Positions 53,094-64,000 of a stretch of 64,000 nt of DNA are shown piece after piece. Position numbers and translations under genes: made by a program. How positions within the stretch are numbered: position 1 is the stretch's first letter; each line of letters starts with the position of its first letter. The notes below the pieces were generated by a model. The model did no database searches, was not told the origin of the DNA, and saw only the letters and a list, made by a program, of their open reading frames with translations. This DNA is from Eledone cirrhosa (Eukaryota): the NCBI GenBank assembly GCA_964016885.1, contig OZ024742.1, positions 86,490,001-86,554,000 on the forward strand. The letters are read 5' to 3'.

Positions 53094-53760
53094 GCACACA
53101 TATATATATTATGTACGTATGGATTCACTGAACATTTATTATAATGCTCGGTGTGTTTGTAAACAAACATCCCGAATTAAGCCGTACAGTGTCTAACAAC
53201 CATCGTTGCTCATTTGTTAAACACTGACAAAGGAACGATGTACTAGCTGCAAACATATTAGCTATCGTCAGCAACGTATACCTTCCTGCCAGGGGATTGA
53301 ACGTCTGAAAGTATATACTTTCTTTATGCATATTAACGGCTGATAAGCCTAATTTGCATATCGAGTGAGTTAATCGGCCGGGCGCACCGAAAACGATAAA
53401 CGGAAAAAATGAAACGAAATTTCATTTCTCACTCTTAGTACGGCTGTTACTTAAATATAAGTATGTATACGTACATACATATATGTATACAGGCGTACAG
53501 TAGTAATAAGCTTGAATCTAGTACAGCGTTCTTTTGTCAGTGTTGAACAAATGAGCAACGATGGTTGCTAGACACTGTACTGGTTAATTCGGGATGTTTG
53601 TTTACAAACACACCGAGCATTATAATAAATGTTCGGTGAATCCGTACGTACATATATATATATATATAAATATATATATGTGCATGTATGTATATATGTC
53701 TATATATATACATACTACTGTACGTCTGTATACATATATGTATGTACGTATACATACTTA
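52940..53760. mobile_element. Family K unit: ~455-bp monomer, partial tandem and inverted segment
   Basis: taaacggaaaaaatgaa at ~52941 and ~53397; 53505-53760 is the reverse complement of the unit's first half. Confidence 0.8.
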
Positions 53761-53786
53761 TATATATATATATATAAATATATATA

Positions 53787-53861
<75 letters not shown>

Positions 53862-53874
53862 ATATATTTATATA

Positions 53875-53912
<38 letters not shown>

Positions 53913-56900
53913 AAAAGAGAATACCCGACTAGATCATGCAATCGGGAGGCTATGAGTTCGATTCCCTGACTGGGAAAAGTTCAATATCATGAACGTTTCA
54001 AAACATGGAAATATCCAATCTATATCCACACGAAAAAATGACCCAAATTTAACAGCCTACGTTAATACAACAATTTACTTTAATAATCATATCTGATGAA
54101 CATTTCTATTCATCACACTGTTAGAGTGGCAAATTACATGTGCCGTCTGCAGGATATATGCCGCATAATTTTCAAAGTAAAAATCTGTTCGTTGACTGCT
54201 ACATATAACCTTAAGCATAACAGAGTAGCCTAGTTCAGTTTGACAGTAAATCAATTGTACACGAGGTACAATTAAGATAAATATACATTTTGAAAAGAGT
54301 ACTGAATTTTGAATTTCGATACATGATTTGCTTCACATATACGTCTGTGAAAGACTAGCTGAAAAAAGTTAGCTAGCAAATTTCACGCCACACAATATGT
54401 TTATATAGTATAGAAATATTTATATATTTAATGTTTTCATATATTTCAAATATTTTTGCAAATTAGATAAATATCCTATTTCAAGTATGATAGGAAAATG
54501 CTGAATATCACAGTGAGTATTTTTTTTTTTTTCGAATGAACGATAATTTTTCAGTTATTGCAAATATATTTCACCAACTGGTTCTTCAAATATTAAACGA
54601 AATGCAGAAATATGCCTGACATATCTCAATATCAATATTTGTAAACATCTATTTCCTTAATGTCTAATGATTTAGAATCAGTTTACGCTGATATTCACTA
54701 GACATAATCATCCCGGCATATTCTTATTTTAAGGAAATATAAAACACACGTGCAAAATCAATTTAATTATTATCTATATTACTCATGCATAACAATATTT
54801 AAACAGCTCAGTAGCGAAGAGTTTATCCATAGATGGTTTCATCATCATTATACATATACAAACACACCTACAGTTTTATAATTTGGCAATATAACGAACA
54901 AGATCTCGGAAACAACTCCAATGTGTATTTTGGGGGAACGATGATATACAGAAATGGAAAATTAATTCACCGTTGGCATCCAAATATATGCATATTGGAA
55001 ATCATTACATGAGCCTTTCAGAAAAGGCACCATCACGGAAGTGGGAAAAACTTAAATAGTTTTCGGTCAATTATGTGTATGGAACTTGCCAGGAATCATA
55101 GAACTTGCATATATGAAGTTAGCGAACTTTAACTATAATTAGCTGTAAACAAAGTCTAATATACAACAATAAGTCTAATATAAACAAAGTCCATGGCGAG
55201 TTACTGTAGAGAATCAAGCTTAATACAATAAACCCTATTAGTAGCGAGTTTAAAACATATCCACTAGAGGAATACAAGTATAGGGATGTTTGCGCTAGAC
55301 ATACTTTAATATAAATAACATAAACTTAAATGTATGAATAAAGAAGATGTCTTATATACATCCGAGGCATAACTAGTAATAATTAGGAGAAACAAAAAGA
55401 CAGGCAAGAGTGAATCCTTAGAATGTCAATATGATTTTTTATGAAACATGCATACATAACTTGTTTTAGAAATAAACACGGTAACCCTATCTAGATATTT
55501 ACAAAATATAGATATAAACACCAATAAGGACAATAGCTTAGCTTGTAGTGAAATATATTCGAAGAATAATGGAAGCTCGAAAAGCAATTCATTTTTTATT
55601 AAATATATATCGAGCCAATAGGTACAATAAATATAATGAAAAATGTTTGTCTAAACCATGGAGTACGAATATATATGTAGTATTTCATAGACAATAAAAT
55701 ACAATCTAAAAAACGTAAAATGTATAGAAATGAATGTTTAGTACTTGCTGAAAACATGATGAACAACATGTCAATAGAATTAGGAAGGGCGTAACCATGT
55801 TTTACATTGAGTTCAACGTTAAAATTATTTTAATTAAGGGAAAGTACTTAATTTAAAACACGTAAATGAATTTTTTTCTTTTTATGGCGAGGAGAATAAA
55901 TAAAAATCATACAAGAAAAAAAAAACAATTGATTCTATACAATAGAGAAATCATATTTCCAACGTTAAAACGTGTTATCTAAGGAGTGTATAAAAACATA
56001 TCACAGGCATACCGTACGGATACATCACACACACCCTCACACACCCTCACGCACACACACACAAACTCACGGCCCCACCCCATATATATATTTATATATA
56101 TATGTTTAATATAGAAATGGCTTCTACAGGGCTAGAACCGTTTGAATGAAATAATATTGAAAATCGTCTATTCTTGATAATGAGTTGTATTTATATATTT
56201 TCTGGTGGTTGAGGAAAGTAGTGATTTTGGGGATGGGTGGAGGTCACTGGCCAACTGGTTTTAAAGAGCAGGGATTCTTTGAAAAAACTACTTTTAGATA
56301 TATATTCAATTATACAAGGACACAAATAAAAGACAGGGTGGGAACATGCGGATAAGTGGGGAGATCAAGTGGTGAGAGGGGACGCAAAGGACGAAGTACT
56401 TATGGGGGCCAAAACTATGACGAAGAAAATCCTAACATATCTGTTTGGGTAATTACTATCGAAATCGATAGACCGGCATTGGTGTAAAGTTTGTTCAATT
56501 TGGGGAGGGAATAGATGATGGCGGTGTGGATTGTTCGGATGATGTGTTTAGTTGCTGTAGAGGGTATCGATTAGCAGGCGACAATTTCGCGTAAAATTGT
56601 TGAAACTTGTCAGAGGCGCCAGATGATGGAGTTGCAAAATATCTTAACAGATCAGATTTGAAGAAATGTTCTTTAGCTATAAAACCACAGTATAAAACTA
56701 ATTCAGACATTGTGCGTCTGGGTAGAAATGTTGACATGCAATTATTATGTAAAGCTGCTAAATATAGTCATTTTCCAATCGGTCACCATGGCAACAGTTT
56801 TGCTAGCATACTTGAATATGCTATATTTCACAATTAAAAATTATTTAGAATTCGCTATTCACTAGTTTCTTAGGATTGTGCTCGTAAATAAAACCCAGGA

Positions 56901-57408
56901 ATGCGTAACTGTATATTGCTTTGTGATTACCGAGAAAGGGTTGAAACGCCTTATAATGAATCATTATTATTTATAATGATTCAATTCATAGAATTATTGC
57001 TTTTCCCTTTTATATTAATCGGGCTTGACGAAGCTTCAAGTTATGTCTGGTTTGTTGAAACTGTGTTAGAAGAGAGGAGTCTTTAATTTGGTTTCTCACA
57101 GCGTTTTTGTGTATTTCGATTTATTAAAATGTATGGAATTTGTAAGAGGTATAAATGCATAGAATTATGGATAATGTTATTTTAGCCTTGTGCCTAACGT
57201 AGAAACAGTTATTTTAGTCGTCAATTATTGAATATTTCGATCAATATGTTCTGTAGGTGTCTATTGATTCTTTTTTGTGTAAGAACCAATATTGTATTCG
57301 CGCAGACCGGCACACACACTCGCACAAACACGCGCACCCATCACACATGAATACATACAAACACACACATATATACATAGATTCATTCATACATACATAC
57401 ACACACAG

Positions 57409-57441
<33 letters not shown>

Positions 57442-58069
57442 AGTGTGTGTGTATGTGTGTGTGTGTGTGTGTGTTAGTGTATATATACATATGATAACTT
57501 CTAATTTGTTTCAGAAAATTCCCTAATATTGTGAACCGCAGGCAATTGCTGACTGTTAGCCAGTTTCATGACTTAACATGTTTTGTTTAGTTCACCATTT
57601 ATACACTCATCCCATGTGATATGGGTGAGCAGTGCATCCTTAAAAATGGCTGTTCAGACGCTCAAGCCTCTGCTGAAGCACTTTGCTATTCAGTTTAATA
57701 GTGCCACGAAATTAGGAGAAAGGTCGAGCCACGCAAGTGTAGATGTGTTACTATTTGCTTCTAACTGATTGATTTTCCATATCTTGCCACTTCTCCGCCT
57801 CAGTTGGACTTTTGTAGAAATATCTGCACATGAAGAGGGAATAATTGTTTCCTTGTGCTACACACATAACAGTCAGTCAGTACACACAGCTATGTGCCTA
57901 GTGGCAAGCCGTTACAAGGATCGGATATGTAGTCGCCGACAACCCGAACATGAAACAAGTTGTACTATGGGCTACAATGTACCAATAGCAGGCAGGAACG
58001 TGACTTGACTTATACATACATCATGCATACACACATACACACACGCACACACATATATATATATATATG

Positions 58070-58126
<57 letters not shown>

Positions 58127-58199
58127 CTGTGTGTGTGCGTATGTATACGTGTGTGTATGCGTGTGTGAGTGTGTGCGTGTATATATATATATATATATT

Positions 58200-59050
58200 T
58201 ATTAAAATAACAGATTAAAGTTTAAGCAAAGAATCGCTGCTTTCACCCTTACCGGGATCTTCTGAAACAAACAAAGTCAATCTGTAAACGCAGAACTGGA
58301 TATTTCAAAAAACGTTGCAACCGGAGGAAGACAGGAAGACGATACTTTGGTTCGTGGAAACGTTCGCTGGCTAAGAACGGGAAAAAACGAATATAATACG
58401 TCTTTAATAGGAGCGGTGAAAAATAATTACACGCAAAGACAGAACCACGTTTATGGTATAAAAGAGGTCGTAGACTAATGTTCTCTTAGGTGGTGCATAG
58501 AGACGTTCTCTGGCAATGAACGAAAAAAAACGAAGATAATACGTCATATGTGGGGCGTGGAGAACAATAGCACGCAAAGACAAAACCACGTAAACGGTAT
58601 AGCAGAAGTCGTAGACTAAATTCCAACTAGGAGACCGAATGAATCTTCGCTACAGAGTTAAGAACAAAGTAAATAAATACAATACATGAGTAATAGAAAT
58701 AAATAAATACATACACGCAAACAAATACGTACATACACAAGCATACGCAAAAATTTACCATAGGTAAACAAAACCACGCACATATAAATATGTGTGTGTG
58801 TGTAAGCGCGTATACAAATAAATAAATAATTATATAAACGTATATAAATAAATAAATACGTATATAACAAGCGCACACACATACCTACATGTAAATACAC
58901 GAATGTTCGGAGACGTAAGTCAACCAAAACATGAAGTACACATATACACACGCCCTGCATACGTACGAACCTGCATACTCACACAGACGCAAAACTCCCG
59001 TATACACATAGTCGCCCTCTTTGGATTTTAGTCTTCAAATTTATTATTAT
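58200..59050 (-). mobile_element. pLTR-like element with U4A HHR-like motif (58220-58268)
   Basis: gttt CAGAAGA tccc ggtaa gggt GAAA gca gcgattctt tgc TT aaac; the inverted tail piece at 59019-59050 matches 14795-14828. Confidence 0.75.
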
Positions 59051-59130
<80 letters not shown>

Positions 59131-59444
59131 TAAAGTTATCAATAATGTAGTGATAATATATCGTCACGTTAGAGATGAACAGCGTACGTGTAGGTTTGCT
59201 CAACGAGTATAAATATCTCTGAAGAGGTGACAACTGATTATACATTTGCTATCGAATACTTGCGAACATTATATGATTACGCATGCAGTGATACATAGGT
59301 ATTCCGTCTGTTACAGAAACATATGTCATTACCTAATAAATTCCTTTATAAAAGCACTTTCATTTTATATTCGTCTTTTCTATATATATATATATAAATA
59401 TAAGTATGTACTAAGAGTGAGAAATGAAATTTCATTTTTTCCAT

Positions 59445-59800
59445 ATATATGCTATTTCAGAGCACCAATTCTAATTTTCAATTTCTGCTTGACCGGCAAC
59501 CGCTCTGTATAATTAGTTCCTGATTAGTACTGGAATTCTATAAGAATCAAACATTCATAATTTTCAGCAAATAGGCGGAGTAGTTAGCTTAGATAAGCAC
59601 CAACAAGTGCGAAACAGAGCTCTGTCAGCTTTATCGCCCCCCCCCCCCTTTGCTGAACAATGAAGTAAGTGAGACTGTCACTACTCTAAAACAATAGCGT
59701 GAGGTCTTCGAAATACTTTTAATTAAGCATACAGTGTATTGCACAACACAGTATATATACATTCATATATATATCGCTATTTCAGAGCACCAATTCTAAT
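59445..59800 (+). mobile_element. Diverged monomer-plus relative of the 310-bp unit
   Basis: gctatttcagagcaccaattctaat repeated at ~59451 and ~59776. HHR remnant at ~59587-59629: agct TAGATAA gcac caacaa gtgc GAAA cagagctctg TC agct. Confidence 0.75.
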
Positions 59801-59974
59801 ATATATATATATATCAAAGAATTAAAATAATATTCAATGAGCATATCAAAGAATAAGTTTTACAGTAGATTGGAAGCACTCTACGTTAAAAAAATTAATT
59901 TTCCAGAGTTATTAATATTAAAATACAAATATTAATAAAATAGATGTTCTTTTATATATATATATATATATAAA

Positions 59975-60344
59975 TACGATATTAAACAAATGAAAACTAT
60001 ATTTATAAAACCATATCTATTTCATTATACATATTTCAGGGATAACATATTAAAAATATGGCCTTCTTCAGATAAAATACAATATATAAGCAGTTTTACA
60101 ATTTGACGTACCATAGAATATTGATCAACTTCCATTTAAAAAAGTTTGTATTTTATCTGAAGAAGGCATGCCATATTTTTAATATGGTATCCCTGAAATA
60201 TGTATAATGAAATAGATATGGTTTTATAAATATAGTTTCCATTTGTTTAATATCGTATATCTACTCCAAAACTTGTTGAGTGCTTTATATCAGTTATAAA
60301 ATATTTACTCGTTGTAACCCAACAATTTTAAATAAAACTTTTGC

Positions 60345-60345
<1 letters not shown>
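59975..60345. mobile_element. Fold-back pLTR element with two divergent hammerheads
   Basis: HHR 60149-60214(+): tattttat CTGAAGA aggcatgccatat tttta atatggtatccct GAAA tatgta TA atgaaata; mirror at 60018-60079(-). Confidence 0.8.
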
Positions 60346-60389
<44 letters not shown>

Positions 60390-60973
60390 GTAATAAAAAT
60401 ATGTATACTTATATATGAGTTATATATAAATATAAATATGGAGGGCAGCACTAAGCACTAGCATACATTACACAACATTTATTCATTTTATCATTACATA
60501 TTTCTTTACCATAATGCATGCCATTTTAACATTTTTAACATTTTAAGATGCTTTAACATTTTGTTTGAAATATGCTACATTTATTAATTTTATAACTCTT
60601 ACCTCATGCATGCCTTTATTAATGTTTGCATTAGATACCCTTAATATTACCTTCTTTTCAATGCTATAATATCTTTTATCTAATTTCTCTAATACCTTTT
60701 TTGCTTTACACCTTTTCACATGTATTACCTTAAATAATATCTTTATATATAATATGCTCAATATTTCACCTTTCACCATTGCTCCGTATACTGCGATATC
60801 TGTAACATAACATCTTTTTGTAACTCCTGTTTACAACATGATGTCACTGACAGTGTCTATAGTTATGTATCTATAGACTATGATTATAATTACTTGTTTA
60901 AACAATATGTGTGCTCCGAAGAAACAATTGTCAGTAATTCAAGTTATTTAACTAAAATTCGATTATTTTATAT

Positions 60974-61012
<39 letters not shown>

Positions 61013-61074
61013 GTATTTTCATGCACTTTACCATGTCTGGTGAGAACACCCACTGAATTGCAAATTAAGCCATA

Positions 61075-62245
61075 CTCACTTCAAATATGCCGTGGAGTGT
61101 GTGGCAGTAGAGCCATCTCACAATTGGCTAGATGTCCCCCATTCGCGTGTAATTTTAGATGCTTAATAAAACCAGCTCGTGTTAGAAGAAATCGGCCACA
61201 TAGATTGTACCTCAAATCTGGGTGAATTTTTGCAGGCATTGCAATTGAGTCCTGCTTTCTAAATGAACGCTTCAAAACATCATGCTCCACTCGCTCTTTC
61301 ACAAATATATCACATCCAATTTGTTGATCTTTTTCCATGAAGTACGGCCTTGAGCCAGTCTCTCTCAGTTCTCCATATCAATCTTCAGGACTTTAAGATT
61401 GTCTTTTAAGACATCCTTAAACCGTTTCTGTGCCTTATGCTCTAGCCATTTTCTCAGGTCAGCTCCCCCCAAAACAGCTCTTTAGGCCGCCTTCCATCCT
61501 CCAATCTGACCGCATAACCTGCCTAGCGCATCTGGTACATAATAATCCTCCTCTTACTACTCGTGCTACCAACTTTCTGAAGTACCGCAGCATCATGTGT
61601 ATAAAGAGACCAGTTGATGTTCATGATGCGTCGTACACAATGCTGATGAAATCTTTCTAACTGCCCGATATGATGCCTATAAATTATCTTCGTTTTCCAT
61701 CCATATAGCAGGGTTGTAAGAGCACATGCCTCAAACACAGAGAGCTTTGTATTTTTTGTGTCAGCCAATTTGAGCACTTTTGCAATCCGGTGATCTATTT
61801 CTGTATCAAGTGCACCATCTATACTAAGTGTATTTCCAAGATACAGAGAGCTGTCTACCACTTCAAGTTTTTTTCCTCTCACGAAAACGTCTGGCTCCAC
61901 ATACACTATTCCAACTGGTGGAGTGTACATGAACATTTTCTTTTTTAGACTAATAGTTTGCCCAAACAGAGTACATGCACTGGAAACGTTTCCAATATCA
62001 ACTGCAAATCCGCTACTGTGTAGGCCACAGTATCTGCATCATCAGTATACAATAACTCACTAACAAGACTGCCAAAAGTGTTGGACTTGGTTTTAACCCA
62101 TCTTAGATTAAATACTTTGCCGGAAGTTCTAATTCGCAAGTATACACTGAATTTAAAGACTTGGAAGGCATATGTCAGCAGCACGGCAACATATATTGAA
62201 AACAGAGTGGGTGCAGGTATGTTAAACAATGTTTTCCACTGAAAT
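61075..62245 (-). pseudogene. Decayed RTE (BovB-like) LINE, RT 3' part
   Basis: PAPTLFSIY, ELLYTDDA, YLGNTLSIDG, LERFHQHCVRRIMNINW and terminal CGR...HLKLH. Confidence 0.85.
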
Positions 62246-62255
62246 TGGCTTTTTA

Positions 62256-62298
<43 letters not shown>

Positions 62299-62308
62299 GG
62301 GAAGAAGA

Positions 62309-62495
62309 ATAATTGTTTCTACTTTTGTCACAAGGCCATAAATTATCCAGTGCATTACTAGTACTTTATTTTATCGACCCCGTAAGGATGAAAGGTAAAG
62401 TTAACCTCGGCGGGATTTGAACTCATATCATAAAGGGAGGTAACTCTATGCTACAAAGCATGGTGTCCGACCCTCTACCAATACTGCCAATCCAC
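62309..62495 (-). mobile_element. SINE
   Basis: Full-length match to the family. Confidence 0.9.
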
Positions 62496-63734
62496 CACCA
62501 GTGAAGAAGAATAATAGGGAAGAAGACGCACGGGTGGTAGAAGGTCATGAAATCGCTCCCGTAAGTCTTGAAATTTTAACATATTTAAATCATTTGTGAA
62601 ATAACAACTCTTGGTACAAATGTTACGTGAAGCATCCGGCTTGAGCCCCCAAAAAGTTCGGACCCCAAATATATTGCTATAAGGTTCAAATATTCAAATA
62701 TTCAACTTTGTATTGTACATTGTATATTCAAAAAAGAAAATGGCTATAAATGGAAGAAGACCCCCCTCCTCTGTCTACACTATATAGAACAGCCAAACAA
62801 CACCAATCTCACCAACACCAGAAACTAGATACACCACCTACCCCATCACCTCTCTGTGTACACTAAACACAACAGCCAGATAACGGCAACTTCACCACCA
62901 CCACAACCAATCTCAACATAATAATGATAATAATAAATACTATTATTATTGTCCCAAGTTTTAACAAAATGTTTAATACCAACATTAAGGGAATTTATGT
63001 CAACACATGTACGCGACTAACCCCATAGATTCACCGAACGGACATCAGTAACGACAACGCCGCCCATCCATCATTACTACCAATATCCCATCACCGCCGC
63101 CACCACTCCTTCATTGCTACCACAGCTACAACACCATCACTACAGTAATACGATCACATCCCCACCACCACTGCTTCAGTATCGACATCACCACCACCAC
63201 TGTCTCAGTATCGCTACCGCCGCTATTCTCTCCCATTGATTCCTGCTAGTTGCTGCTAGCACAGCACTGCCACCATATTATAGAATTCCTACTAAAAAAG
63301 AGGAAGGCATCAAAATATATAGATAGACTCAAAAGAAAAAACAAAAATCAAAACCAAAGCAGCACAGCAACAACAACAACAAAAAAAGAAAAACAAACAG
63401 AGAAAAACAAAAACAAAAAAAATGTAAAGAAAATAAGAATGAAGAGAGAAACAAGCGGACGGACAGAGAAGAGAAGGGAAAAACTAAGTCAGACATTCGA
63501 ACACTACATTACGACGAAACTTATGCTTATTCATTTTTGGGGGTTTTTCTGCCTGTTTGTTTGTTTGTTTATTTGTGTTCGTCTACAGCGTTGTGATAAT
63601 GCCACACAAGAGCCAAGTGGAGCGAGGCAACCACCGGAGACGGTGAATCCACAGATGGTTATGTAACCGTACATTCGCAAATCCTCGATACGAGTGTTTA
63701 AATATCGAACCTAAACAGTTCGAATAACGGTAAA

Positions 63735-64000
63735 ATGGAGACTAGAACGTCATGTGACAGACTCTCACCCATCAGGTGCTCCCTGGCTCAGCAGCAGGAA
63801 CCTGGCCGTCAACCAAATACTGCTGGTGTCGGAGGAAGAAGAAGAAGGAAAGGGACCAGAACCAACTGGACGAAAGGATTGAATAGAACTGCTATGCAAT
63901 GTTACCTGAAAAGTAACCCCAAGGAGAGGGGCTATAGGAGACGGATGCATAACATCTGGAACGAGATTGGTCTATTTAAATTAGATGAACAAAAATTGGC
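63735..64000 (+). mobile_element. 5' coding end of an R4/Dong-like non-LTR retrotransposon (frameshifted, runs off the window)
   Basis: NWTKGLNRTAMQCYLKSNP..RGYRRRMHNIWNE...DEQKL matches my recollection of the R4/Dong N-terminal motif. Confidence 0.55.

Noticed and set aside
56440-56740. Possible PLE endonuclease remnant on the minus strand
   Set aside because: Only a vague resemblance, with no diagnostic motif.

Overview
This is an AT-rich, microsatellite-dense eukaryotic window. The tRNA-derived SINE (GCCTTTCATCCTTACGGGGTCGATAAA core) points to an octopod cephalopod, which is my inference from recognising the motif. I found no host protein-coding gene I can support; most listed ORFs are translations of (TA)n, (CA)n, (GA)n or (AGT)n tracts. 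The window is mostly retroelements: several decayed Penelope-like elements (PLEs; reverse transcriptase plus GIY-YIG endonuclease) with inverted pseudo-LTRs (pLTRs), two L1/Tx1-type LINE copies, RTE fragments, the start of an R4/Dong-like LINE, a Helitron Rep fragment and about 10 SINE copies or fragments. The main signal is a dense set of hammerhead ribozyme (HHR) motifs: about 30 intact or decayed copies from roughly 10 sequence families, nearly all in tandem or fold-back units at (TA)n tracts. The most striking case is a 310-bp, highly structured, HHR-bearing unit at 5.5-9.3 kb, present as 4 copies in one orientation and about 8 in the other, which resembles an integrated retrozyme or circRNA concatemer. 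Several HHR families have non-canonical cores (U3-A8 compensatory pair, U4A, U10.1·U11.1). All folds were read by eye and coordinates are approximate to a few bases.
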